This document shows, in pieces, positions 26,903 to 38,891 of a stretch of 64,000 bases of DNA. Source of the stretch: Phoronis australis (lineage: Eukaryota > Animalia > Phoronida); assembly GCA_002633005.1 (NCBI GenBank), contig NMRA01000848.1, positions 1 to 64,000 of the forward strand. The letters are read 5' to 3'. The position numbers and the translations under genes were made by a program. The notes beneath the pieces were generated by a model. The model saw nothing but the letters and a program-made list of their open reading frames with translations, was not told the DNA's origin and ran no database searches. Positions within the stretch are counted from its first letter, which is position 1, and every line of letters begins with the position of its first letter.

Positions 26903-27770
26903 TTTATTTATTTATTTATTTAAACGTCTTTAAACAACTGGGTGACCACTTCGGTGAATGCACTGATTTCCAAGTGGGCCCAGTCGGAAATAATTACATG
27001 AAGTAAAATACAGAGCTACATGTACATGTATGTACAATTAGACTAAGTTAAATAGATTAGTATAAAATTGGTTAATATGTACAATTAGATGAATAAATAA
27101 GATAAAATAATGATGATCTTAGGTCTATAGTCCCGAACCACACACAATGTCACAATATTTCTGTTTGAAGACGTGGACATTGGGCGCGTTCGCGACGGCA
27201 GTCTCCAATCCGTGGTGAGCGACAAAACCTCTGTAGCCAAAAATCCTTTCCCGCAGTTGTTTTTAGGTTTATCTGGCTCCAGGCAGCCTGAAACACTCGC
27301 TCTAGTGTTGTAATTGTGAGAATCTCTGACTGCTTTGAATTTAGTAGTAAGGTAATTAGGTGTGAGGCTATGTGTGGGTTTGTACACCATTAAGCTTCAA
27401 TGAAAGGCACACCTGTCTCCCGTTCAGTAACGCTAGGACCTCGCTAAAAAGCAAGACTTCGCGAGATTACGTGAGATATTGCCGTGTATTTTAAAAAAGA
27501 ACACGTGACCTTGACTAGATTTTAGCTAGGTCCTAGCGTAGGTCCTAGCGTCTACTGAGCGCACGCCTGCTGACAAGGCTACACCAACATACATGTAGTG
27601 TGTCGAGGAGGTCAGAAATAGGAAAGTCATTATAAAGGCCACTACATGTATAATTGAGTATCAGCCTCCCAGCCTTGTTTCGTAATTTTTGAAGTCTATC
27701 TTGGAGGTATGATGCACTGTTAGCCCACACAACATCAAAGTAATCAAAGCGTGGTACAATTAATCTATCG
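26903..27770 (-). mobile_element. L2/CR1-type LINE 3' fragment with (TAAA)n tail
   Basis: LIVPRFDY..VVW...LQKL.NKAGRLIL and MVYK...PNYL...HNYNTR motifs; tail seen as (TTTA)n at 26903-26920. Confidence 0.8.
27410..27567. mobile_element. ~155 bp interspersed element family B (CCCGTTCAGTAACGCTAGGACC...GAGCGCACGCCTG)
   Basis: Related copies at ~28945-29098 and ~57938-58098; internal inverted symmetry; this copy interrupts the L2 fragment. Confidence 0.7.
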
Positions 27771-28167
27771 CCAAGATTTTGAGTGATGGCATAACCGACC
27801 ATTTAGAACTCATCATTCTTAATGACACAACCTCATTTCCAAGCCGCCATTTTACCCGACAAACATCACGTTGCCTGGTAAAACGTATTGTTTGTTAATC
27901 GATATTACGCAAGGGGGCGGGCTTCCTATAGGTCAATTACACTTTTGTTCAGAGTCGGGGGAGTAGCCTGATCAACATAGCTCCTGACTGTACAAAAGCC
28001 CAATCCACTGACGTTTTGCACACATACTCAACATGTTCGTCCCACGATAATGTTCAACCCATACGTGAAAGTATACTGTTTTGATGCAATTGTGAACGTG
28101 TGATTTACCAAATGGTCATCACCATTGTCTTTTGTCACTTACCATCAGGCAGTTATTGTAATTCCAG

Positions 28168-28279
28168 GTTTGCGACAACACGGGAAGTTGCCACTGTGAC
28201 TACGGCTATGCACCACCAGAGTGTAACACTTCCGGTTATGGCGGAAGTATCGTCGGAGGTCAGCCCAATTCTAGATCCA
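28168..28279 (+). CDS. ADAM EGF-like exon (VCDNTGSCHCDYGYAPPECNTSGYGGSI)
   Basis: ttccag acceptor, gtgagt donor, phase 0-1; typical ADAM EGF followed by GGS. Confidence 0.92.
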
Positions 28280-28522
28280 GTGAGTGTGGCAACATGCAAA
28301 CTGAAATTTAACAATCCCAATTTGAAATCACCACGAGTGTCCATGGGAGGTTTAATTAAAAATGATGGTCAATACACTCTCGTAGTCTGTTTCTGCTTAT
28401 TACATTTTTATCACTACGGAGTGGTGACTAAATTTTCTCTTAAATGTTTTGAATTTTCTTTTTTTACTTAGAAGTACGTGTATTTACTACCGCGTTATAT
28501 TAATTCTGATTTATGTGTGAAG

Positions 28523-28693
28523 TCGATGGAAGCTGGAGCACGTCTGTGGACTGGTCGCGCTGTAACGCTACTTGCGGAGGAGGTTTTCGATACAGAAAGA
28601 GAACGTGTACTAACCCTCGACCGCAGTTCGGTGGCTCATTTTGCAAGGGGAGCTCGACAGTCATAGAGGAATGTAATGAATTGCTGTGCCAGT
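28523..28693 (+). CDS. Thrombospondin type-1 repeat 1
   Basis: DGSWS..DWSRCNATCGGGFRYRKRTCTNPRPQFGGSFC.G..EECN; 171 nt, phase 1-1, gtaagc donor. Confidence 0.93.
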
Positions 28694-29810
28694 GTAAGCA
28701 CAAGTACTTTATCCAACATGGTCAACTTAGAGTTCTAGTACGAAATTGTCATTTGCTATTTCTGTTGCACTATTGTCATGGACAAACATGTCAATTACCG
28801 CAAATGTCAGTCACAATGCATATCTTGCCGATAGCACAGACATTTGGTTTCATCTGCCATCCGCCTCTGTTGCAACACATCAACATTTGTTCAATGTTGG
28901 CTACGTGTTGTCCTAGGCACATGATATACAAAGGCAAAGTGGTCCTGCCTCTCGATCAGTAACGCAAGGACCTCGCTAAGAACCAAAACTTTACGATATT
29001 ATGTGAGATATTGCTGTGTTTTAAATTAGAACACGTGACTTTGGCTAGATTATTGCTAGGCCCAAGCGTTGGTCTTAGAGTAACTGAACGCACGCCTGAT
29101 CTTGATACCGCGTGCATAACATGGCAGTTTGTGTAGATCTCCGAATCTCAAATTGTCGTTTTTTGTTGACGCGGAGTTTTATCTTTACAATAGTTATACT
29201 GGTGCAAAAGGCGTATTCCATGTGGTGTTAAAGACAGTTGCTTCATACACACTTGTTCACCATGGTGGTCTTAAAGTCACTAATGGTACAGCACAGTGAC
29301 ACACACAAGCAGTGCTGTAGTAGGGCGTAGACGCTCGCTGCCATCTTTTGGCATTTGAACGTAGCGCCCACGTACCGTAAGTTACGTTCAGTGCTCAAGG
29401 TGATACGGTGGGCTCTGGGCGCCTACTTACCTCTAATTTTACCACTACCGCACTGCACACAAGTAATACAAAGCCTCCATTATGATGCTGATGTAGGCTT
29501 GCGGCGTAGTACAGTCACCTGATCTTTTCCCGCGCATTTTGGGGAAATTTTCATATTCTAACGTAATTTGAGATAATAAATGTGCACAATGCACCCAAAT
29601 TTTATTAACTATCAAGCACTTTTGACATGAACTTGACAGTCTCTGAGCACGCTCCTACTTGTTCACTCTCTATATATGTTGCGCCAATTTAACTTGCCTT
29701 GTCCAACAGCACGTATACAATGAATAACATGCTATGGTATGGCGAACATTTACCCGTTGCCTATAGGTTTGGGAATGTCACAAACCTGTAGAAGATTCTA
29801 TTTACCGCAG

Positions 29811-29981
29811 TCGAAGAAAGATGGAGCCTTTTCTCGCCCTGGTCAGAATGTAACGCTACTTGTGGTGGAGGTGTGCAAATTAGGACAAGAACATGCAATC
29901 GACTGCCTCCTCAGGAGGGTGGCGGCACGTGCATAGGTGATGGCTTGTCTGTCGAGGAGTGCAACGTGGCACCATGTTTAG
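29811..29981 (+). CDS. Thrombospondin type-1 repeat 2
   Basis: WSLFSPWSECNATCGGGVQIRTRTCNRLPPQEGGGTCIG..EECNVAPC; 171 nt, phase 1-1. Confidence 0.93.
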
Positions 29982-30318
29982 GTATGCGTGTTACTAGGTC
30001 ATTGCAACAGCTATCAGCGTCTGGCGGAAGGTTGGCGATGATGCTTCTCTGTCAAAAATGTTTGCTATAGCTGTTCTCAACTCAATGGATTAACAAATAT
30101 GCCAGAATTTGGGAGACTGTAAACGGACAGCACCGTTATGAGGTCAATTAAGTTTTAATTCTGGAAACGAAAACCCAATGTTATCAAAGAGTTCCATTTC
30201 TCAAAGTTCCTCGCCTCAGGGGACCGTTTCAAAAGTGATCAAGACATTGTAGCATGGACAACATTGTCCTCACTTTTGCATACGACATATCACGAGCTGT
30301 TTTCTCAATATTTTGTAG

Positions 30319-30461
30319 AAATCATCCGGAAAAAGAATGCGACAATTGTGACCAGCGGAACAGATGCATACAGGCCCGCACATCGTCAGTTTTACGTAAT
30401 CACTTTGACAGTCGCGTTGTACAAAACAATTTGTTTGATATCTAAGATGTCCCGACAATAA
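30319..30461 (+). CDS. Candidate terminal exon of the ADAM gene with moderately hydrophobic C-terminus
   Basis: ttttgtag acceptor, phase 1 gives EIIRKKNATIVTSGTDAYRPAHRQFYVITLTVALYKTICLISKMSRQ*; AATAAA at the stop and again at ~30471. Confidence 0.5.
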
Positions 30462-31883
30462 ACCGAAACCAATAAAGGGTGGCAGATATCATTTACATGT
30501 ACACTGTAACTGGCTTGTTAGCATCACGTTCGTCTTACATTCGGTTACATTTTCATCATATTGTGGTAATCCTTGATATAGTCCATGTCTTTTGTATCGG
30601 TGGTTTCATATCTGGTAAAACTAAATAACCACTAGCGGCATTTATGGGTGATTTTCAGGAATAGTGCGTTGGAGTACGGCTGTCGACTCAAATCATGTAA
30701 AGAATCTGATGAAAAACATTATACCTCTGAGATCAGCATAAGTGGAAACCCGGGTCCACTGCAAAATGATTTTTGATGCGAATTAGACGATACAAGCATA
30801 ATATACAAATTGAAAATAACTGAGCTTCAAAGTGCCTCGTATGGACACGTAGACTTCTAAGAAAATCTTTTGTGTTAAATGTTGTCTTTCAAGCTGATTT
30901 AAATCTGTAAACGGCAGATCTGGCTTCCATAGACCCCTGGAAATCGTGAAGACTACTCTTGAATAAGACGACCAAATTTTTCTATTAGCTAATTTTTTGC
31001 GCTTGCGGAATGCAGCTCACATTTTCAAGCTTCCAGTGTTAACACCGGAAGATTACGTGCCAACAAGTACTCAGAGTGCATTGAAATCGACAGCAACGCC
31101 GAAGATGAAATTGAACGAGTTAGGATATTGAACATACATGTACATAAATACAGAAACCATGGGCGAAGATTGTTTAAACGCATAGTGGTTCTTGATTTCA
31201 ACAATTTTAGAACATTTAAATACATGTATATTATAAACAAAATCATTAGTGCCAAGATGACATTTCTAACAAAATATCGCAGTGTATAGTGAAGCTATCA
31301 GGAAGCATCATTGCGACAAAACATCAATGACAACGCTTATATTTAATAGTTCCATCTGTCAACAGTCCAGATACATGTAACATGATTTTAGGAAACGACA
31401 GAATATAGATTGATCACGCGACAACAGAGTTAAGAGTCTGGTGTGAACAGGGTGATTTTGAAAATACTATTTTTGCTTAAAACTGCTGTACTACTGTTTT
31501 TCCAATCAGAAAAACAAAATTAGATTTAGTTGTCTTACTGTTAAAAAATCGGTGTAACATGATAGACTTTGAATTCTGTTACCCAGAATATTCCAATGTG
31601 GATAGAAATGAGAAGCTGTTAGAGATCTTTTCGAATCATTATTTGTGTTGGGCACCTTCGGCGTTTGTTGTAAAGTCTATGGCAAGCGCGTCGTAACAAT
31701 CATTCAAACATTGATGAAGTGATTGGTACGCACCACAAATGTGTCTCTAAGTGCTATGTGTGAATTACTTTTTCTGATTTCGATCAAGATGATGTGGCAA
31801 CGCGACGCGCCACGAGACTGTACGTACAGCGACGCACTGAGGAAAATTATGTCAGGAACTTGAGATACTGAAATAATTATTTA

Positions 31884-31965
31884 ATTCGGGATCGAGAGAT
31901 AATTAAATCGGGATCCCGAGCTCCCGAGATAATTAAGTTGGGATCTCGGGATCCTGAGACAATTA
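31884..31965. repeat. Short degenerate minisatellite (CGGGATC..GAGATAATTAA)
   Basis: Three imperfect units. Confidence 0.6.
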
Positions 31966-32615
31966 GAAAAGAAACGCGAGATATCATTTTTGGGCACCCT
32001 GGCAACTGGCAGATATTGCAGCAGTGTTTGTAAATACATTGAGTAGCCTTCCTAATCCGTCTGCATACTTTGCTTGAAATGAAATAACGTAAGCGTAGTG
32101 TAAAATAGTACGCGTACAAAGTATAGGAGGTGTACTATAACATTCTAGACGTTGATCAACTAATTGCGTGTTGAAAAAACAATTCAACGTGCAAAATGTA
32201 CTCGTTTCAGAACCTTTGGCGCTTAATAATTGACAACAAGAGTGTTCATTGAAGCAGTCGTCGGACAACGAAATTTTTCGAAGTCGCGTATGTAGTTCTA
32301 ATAGTAAAAGCTGTTCCACTTCAAATTACATCAAAACATCGAAATATCCCCCATGCTAAGACAAACAGTTCATTAGTATCGTTATATAAAGATTTTTAAG
32401 GCAACAATTTTAAAAGCGCTATCAACCAGAGGGACTATAGACGCAACGTTCTTGAGGTGACACGCATTCCTGTATCAAAATCCAGGCACGTAAAATAATT
32501 GAACTCCTCACTCAGCGTTCATCTGAAATCGGCAATGTTGCTCCTGGTTCGAAAATAGCATGCCTTTAATTATGATTTATATATTAAATTCTAGTCATTT
32601 TGAAATTTATCCCTA

Positions 32616-34313
32616 TTAAATTTCACAGACGGAGTAAGCCTTGTACGCGCAAGTGTCGTCGTCCCACTTCTTGTGGTGTTCTCTGCCAGGATAGTACTTG
32701 AATTGAGCACATTCCAGAACGTCTTCACCTACAATTACAACAAGACATCAGAAGAAGCATTGGAAGAAAATCGAAAGGGAGAGTTCACATGTTACATCAA
32801 CACTTGAGGAGGGTTTGGAATAGATGGCAACTTATGGCGGGTGGATGGGGTACAAAAATAGTGACGTCATCGCGTGGTTTATTTGAATATCTCCATCGCA
32901 GAAAGTTGGGAAATTGGTAATACTTTCTAACGGAATGGCTGTTTTCCAAACCTAGAACCGTTTCACGCTTCCAATATGTGATCACTAGGCGTACATCATA
33001 AAGATATAGAGATGAAGGAAAGATCCACTTCAACACTGCCTAAACGTATTCACTGACAATCAATACAATGACATTAGGACTTTATCAGAATGTCCAGGGA
33101 CTGGCGCTTATTTTTACCAGGGATCACTTCTTATAATTTCTAATTAAAGAAATTGCATTCATGGAATAGTTTATGTAACATTAGAAACGGCAATTTGATA
33201 TTTGAATTGGCGAACTTTAATTCTTTGCCGAATACAATAACGACAAATGGAACTTGCAATTACAAAGAAACGTTAGTAAGTCACAAGAAATCATTAAGTC
33301 GAACTGGCGGTTCTTCCAAAACAGGGGATATGGCCGTGATGACGTCAGTATAGGCTGGACGGTGGTTATATCATGATGACAGGTGACGAATAAGGGGTAG
33401 GGATACAGTAAGTTCCAAATTTTGGATGACTTAATATGTTCGTTGATGTCTCACATAAGCTCCAACGCAGTGCAGATGAGAGCTGCAGCTTTCCTGAAGT
33501 CTAGTCCACATCTTCAAATTGTAAAAAAGCCCAGTATTCGAAATCTGTTACCAAATTGCTCGCAGACACATGACATTTTCTGGACGGGAAAGTCACAAAA
33601 ATTGGATTGCGATGTATATGAATTTTGAAAAATCAATGGCTGAGGGACAAGTCTAATTTACAAACAAACAACATGGCCAGCCATTGTTTAAAGGCTACCC
33701 GCGTAAGTCAACATTAAACAACAATCGTGAGATTACCATCTTGCCACCAGTTTGTGAAGCTGAAAGGTGTCTTTGATGCAGCCCAAGTCCAAATGCTGTT
33801 TACCTTCTTGCCGCCTAAATGGTACCAATGTTCTCTAAGTGCGCGTCGCTGATCCATTAATGATATCAAAGCCTCATATTTCTCACGTGTTTGCGCCTCA
33901 ACTAAGTGACTCGCGTATAGACGGCAACGCGCGGTGGCGTTATCGTAGGTCAAATCTTCGTATATGAACTTGTAACAGCCAAAATCATTGAGATAAAAGC
34001 CGTGAGGGCATAATTTATCTTCCACCAAATTCTTGAAATGGTCAATAACTCTTCGCGTCTCTTTCATGATAAAGATCCTTGCGGCATACCCTTGCGACGA
34101 AAGGGCGTGTTCCAACTTCGTGGTCTGTACCGTGATCTTAGTGTCCAGCCACCTGATCGAATCGTTCAACTGTTTTCCTATCTTCTGTAATAAAAACTCT
34201 TGTTTCCGGAACATGTGCAGGAGAGGATCATCGGGACTGTGTGTCTTGTTTAACGCCGTAGATTTATACGAGAGGCTTAAGACAAAACTTAAAATCACCA
34301 GATAGCGTAACAT
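32616..34313 (-). CDS. Secreted C-type lectin-domain protein, 2 exons (34313-33737; 32728-32616), ~229 aa
   Basis: Signal peptide MLRYLVILSFVLSLS, helical neck, CP.GF..FGCYKF..TYDNA..RC..SHLV..WTW..FTNW; phase-1 intron (gtaatc...ttgtag) to GEDVLECAQF..KWDDDTCAYKAYSVCEI*. Confidence 0.9.
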
Positions 34314-34399
34314 GTTAGTACCGTTCAGTTCCTTCGGTTATTTACACAGTGTGTACCTGGTAATGAGCTAATTTTTATCATCATGTCACTGTAGCTCAG

Positions 34400-34406
34400 T
34401 TTTATA
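34400..34406 (-). promoter_or_regulatory. Candidate TATA box (TATAAAA) of the C-type lectin gene
   Basis: About 90 nt upstream of the ATG at 34313 and conserved in the second copy (~36626-36632). Confidence 0.4.
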
Positions 34407-35956
34407 GACGGCGAAGCGTTAACACATGAAAGCACGACCTTTTCATCATGTGGGTGGGGTAAAGGCGGATTCTTAACATTATGCTATCACTCCAAAGAGT
34501 TTGTCCGTACGTAAATATTTAGGTGCCTATACTTAGTGGATCGGGAGGCTAGACAAAACAACTCTGCAGTACCGAGGGTTTTGACTACACTCCAATTTTT
34601 TTTTGAATGACAAACTAAGCTTGATGCGCTGTTCGACCGTTAAAAAGGTTTAGTTATAAACATGCCACGCTAAATCAAAAGTTTTCCGTGAGCACTGCAT
34701 GTATAACCCATAGGTAAACTTTATCTGCAAACAGTTTAAGTCACGTAATCCGTTTAAAAGGTTTTTAAAACATCGCGAATCTGCATAAAAACCTTTGAAA
34801 CATACTCTCTGATACTTAATTAGAATTTTTCGTAAGTATGGGGTCGATCTACAGCCTGTACATAGTGTTTCTTTTATTTTTATTTTCTTCAGAATGTGAC
34901 GGGACGTTCGTAACTTGACGCTTATTGTTATTCTTATTTAGTTGCAAATGTTCAGTTATTCTTATGCTAATGTCTTTGTTGCGTGTCAGTGCGCCTTTGT
35001 TACGTGGGCATGTGGGCGCGACTGTATGTGTCGGGCACTTCGCTAGCGACAGGCTTAGGAGAANGTACAAAAATAGTGACGTCATCGCGTGGTTTATTTG
35101 AATATCTCCATCGCAGAAAGTTGGGAAATTGGTAATACTTTCTAACGGAATGGCTGTTTTCCAAACCCAGCGCCGTTTCACGCTTCCAAGATGTGATCAC
35201 TAGGTGTACCTCATAAACATGTAGAGAAGAAGGAAAGATCCACTCCAACACTGCCTAAGCGTATTCACTGACAATCAATACAATGACATTAGGGCTTTAT
35301 CAGAATGTCCAGGGACTGGCGCTTATTTTTACCAGGGGCCATTTCTTATAATTTATAATTAAATAAATTGTATTCATGGAATAGTTTATGTAACATTAGA
35401 AACGGCAATTTGATATTTGAATTGGCGTACTTTAATTCTTTGCCGAATACAATAACGACAAATGGAACTTGCAATTACAAAGAAACGTTAGTAAGTCATA
35501 AGAAATCATGAAGTCGAACTGGCGGTTCTTCCAAAACAGGGGATATGGCCGTGATGACGTAATTATAGGTTGGTCGGTGGTTATATCATGATGACAGGCG
35601 ACGAATAAGGGGTAGGAAGGTAATAAGTGCCAAATTTTGGATGACTTAATACAGTATGTGCGTTGATGTCTCACATAATCTCCAACGCAGTGCAGATGAG
35701 AGCTACAGCTTTCCTGATGTCTAGTCCACATCTTCAAACTGTAAAAAAGCCCAGTATTTGAAATCTGTTACTAAATTGCTCGCAGACACATGACATTTTC
35801 TGGACGGGAACATCACAAAAATTGGATTCCGATATATATGAATTTTGAAAAAACAATGGCTGAGGGACTAGTCTAATTTACAAACAAACAACATGGCCAA
35901 CCATTGCTTAAAGGCTACCCGTGTACGTCAACATTAAACAACAATCGTGGTATTAC

Positions 35957-36533
35957 CATCTTTCCACCAGTTTGTGAAGCTGAAAGGTGTCTTTGATGCA
36001 GCCCATGTCCAAATGCTGTTCACCTTCTTGCCGCCTAAATGGTAGAAGTGTTCTCTAAGTGCGCCCCGCTGATCCATTAATGATATCAAAGCCTCATATT
36101 TCTCACGTGTTTGCGCCTCAACTAAGTGACTTGCGTATAGACGGCAACGCGCAGCGGCGTTATCGTAGGTCAAATCTTCGTATATGAACTTGTAACAGCC
36201 AAAATCATTGAGATAAAAGCCGTGAGGGCATAATTTATCTTCCACCAGATTCTTGAAATGCTCCATAACTCTCCGCGTCTCTTTCATGATAAAGATTCTT
36301 GCGGCATACCCCTGCGACGAAAGGGCGTGTTCCAACTTCGTGGTCTGTACCGTGATCTTAGTGTCCAGCCACCTGATCGAATCGTTCAACTGTTTTCCTA
36401 TCTTCTGTAATAAAAACTCTTGTTTCCGGAACATGTGCAGGAGAGGATCATCGGGACCGTGTTCCTTGTTTAACGCCGTAGATTCATACGAGAGGCTTAA
36501 GACAACACTTAAAATCACCAGATAGCGTAACAT
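35957..36533 (-). CDS. Second copy of C-type lectin exon 1 (10 aa differences), no own exon 2 in the window
   Basis: ORF 35934-36533 nearly identical to 33714-34313 with the same donor; block starts at the single N at 35064. Confidence 0.7.
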
Positions 36534-37574
36534 GTTAGTACCGTTCAGTTCCTTCGGTTATTTACATGTACACAGTGTGTATCTGGTAATGAGCTAATTT
36601 TTATCATCATGTCACTGTAGCTCAGTTTTATAGACGGCGAAGCGTTAACACATGAAAGCACGAACTTTTCATCATGTGGGTGGGATGAAGGCGGATTCTT
36701 AACATTATGCTATCACTCCAAAGAGTTTGTCCGTACGTAAATATTTAGGTGCTTATACTTAGTGGAACGGGAGGCTAGACAAAACAACTCTGCAGTACCG
36801 AGGGTTTTGACTACACTCAAAGTTATTTTTGAACGATCAACTAAGCTTGATGCGCTGTTCGACCGTTAAAAGGGTTTAGTTATAAACATGCCACGCTAAA
36901 AACAAAAGTTTTCCGTGAGCACTGCATATATAACCCGGCCATAGGTAAACTTTATCTGCAAACAGTTTAAGTCACGTAATCCGTTTAAAAGGCTTTAAAA
37001 ACATCGCGAATCTGCATAGAAACCTTTGAAACATACTCTCTGATACTTAATTAGAATTTTTCGTAAGTATGGTGTCAATCTACAGCCTGTACATATTGTT
37101 TCTTTTATTTTTATTTTCTTCAGATCTGTGTGATCAAAACGAACGAATGTTATCCAACACCGTTCGAGGTCAAGGACGGTACGGAAATTGCCGGTTTATC
37201 GCGTAAAGTCACGATGTCAATAACTCTACACTTAGCCGCCAGGAGAAAAACTATTGAGTACTTCCGTAACTCATCGGCAATTTCCGAGCGGTCCAAGATA
37301 AAAGTGTGTGTGGGCTTTTTGTGAACATTTTTGTTCTTTGACTGCGAATTTCTTACGAAGTCACCGGAACAGGGCACCGTGAATGGTATTGGAAGAAAGA
37401 ACAATTCTTATTGGTTTGTTGAACCTTTGTTTTGTGTAAATTTATTGAGTTTTATGTTTGCTATGGACAGCTGAAGTGAAGCACCCGTGGAATTTCTAGT
37501 CCGGAGTGTCATACCTTGTAGTATTACATGTACATGTAGTGTATTGGGGACGATCAGAAGCTGAGGACGCCTGT

Positions 37575-37700
37575 GCTGTTTGTGGTGGGGCGGTCATGTG
37601 TTTAGGTGCGTCAGTCCTGTTTGTGGTGGGGCAGTCATGTTTTTAGGTGCGTCAGTGCTGTTTTGGGTGAGTCGGTCCGATTTAGAGGACCGGCGGTCAT
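37575..37700. repeat. ~41 bp tandem repeat (GTTTGTGGTGGGGCRGTCATGT.TTTAGGTGCGTCAGT), ~2.5 copies
   Basis: Direct reading. Confidence 0.75.
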
Positions 37701-38744
37701 GTTGTTTCTCACCCGTGAGTATGAGTATCAATACAGGTTGAGCAGGTTACATCTCAGGTGACTGGATGTTTTGGCTTTGTATTATCTGTGGTGTGGTCTC
37801 GATTGGGTAAGTAAATTGCTACGGATAGGGGAAGGTTAATGAAAGTGCTTGCTTTTATCTTGTGTATCCTTTATTGGAATTTGAGTGTGGGACTAAAATA
37901 TGTGCTTGCAGACTGACTTGATCAAGAACACAATCCGTCAGTTTGCATGGCAGAAGGCCTAAAGAGTGCCTCAAAAAATCACCTATCCTCCTAGAATATC
38001 GGCTAATATCAGACTTCTAGCATCAGTATTGACAAGTTAACACAGGAACTAACCTTAGTTAATTGGTCTGAACACAGCTAGAACGCTGAAGTTTCAATTT
38101 CAGGTACACTAACACTTTTGCGAAAATATATATCCTATGGAATATATTGATCAATGTTATCCATGTGCTGCTTAGAGTGGCATTTTATAGGTGAGTCATG
38201 TTTTTAAAGGATCATCGTAGTGTGCATCACCACTACACCAGCAACAAACAACAAGACTCCAGCAACAGTGACAACATGAATAGATTAGTGAGCCATATGC
38301 AGAGGAATAGGCTTAGGAGCCAATTGATGTTCGGTCTTTTCACATGCAGGTGTGCTTGGAATCCAAGGCAAGAAACACTCTCGTTTCTAAACGCAATAGA
38401 ACCGGCTTCTACGTAATTTTGTGTTATCAAGTCACTCTTATTGTTTTCTTTCATCAGTAATCACACAAGTTTAATAGGTAACAAAACTGAAAAGCTGAAA
38501 TAAAATATATTTGCTAGGTATCATTAAAATATGCCACATGAAATGCTGAAAATTATACTGTCTTTAAACTTCATTAATAATGGATCGCTGGCTTTTTGAA
38601 GAAGAACAACAAGTTTGCAGCTTTGCTGACACCAACAAGAGCGTTGTTGAAAACAACATTCCCCTTTATGAGGTCATGTTTAAACTAAAACTCAGAACTA
38701 ATGTGGCTTGTTTCTTTTTCAGCCTCACATAAGTATATCCGAGG

Positions 38745-38891
38745 ATGAGGGCATTGTATTCAACTTGCTTTGTCCATGCTCTCTGTGTGTTGGTGGGTAT
38801 CACCAGCTGTGACTGTCATCATTGTGTACCTGTGGCAGATGCTGAGAAGTCCCCACTCAATGAAAAGATATATCAGAAGCAACCTGTCATT
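38745..38891 (+). CDS. Possible signal-peptide exon resembling the gamma-glutamyl hydrolase N-terminus (KQPVIG|ILL)
   Basis: Hydrophobic leader followed by a PVIGIL motif like GGH KKPIIGIL; upstream acceptor ttttcag at 38722; no downstream GGH exons recognised. Confidence 0.25.

Larger units (their letters stand above)
2310..30461 (+). other. ADAM-family (reprolysin/M12B) metalloprotease gene, multi-exon, 5' end upstream of window; architecture metalloprotease-disintegrin-Cys-rich-(2nd disintegrin)-EGF-TSP1-TSP1
   Basis: Chain of phase-compatible exons with AG/GT(GC) boundaries encoding successive ADAM domains (see exon entries). Joining all into one gene is inferred from phase continuity. 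Confidence 0.8.
32850..37123. repeat. ~2.05 kb direct duplication containing lectin exon 1 (32850-34891 / 35065-37123)
   Basis: Colinear copies; the second begins right after the N at 35064. Confidence 0.9.

Noticed and set aside
34033-36525. Plus-strand 90-aa ORFs at 34033-34305 and 36253-36525
   Set aside because: Antisense shadows of the lectin exon.
31884-37700. Short repeats (31884-31965, 37575-37700) as CRISPR-like arrays
   Set aside because: Eukaryotic context, no unique spacers, no cas genes; ordinary minisatellites.
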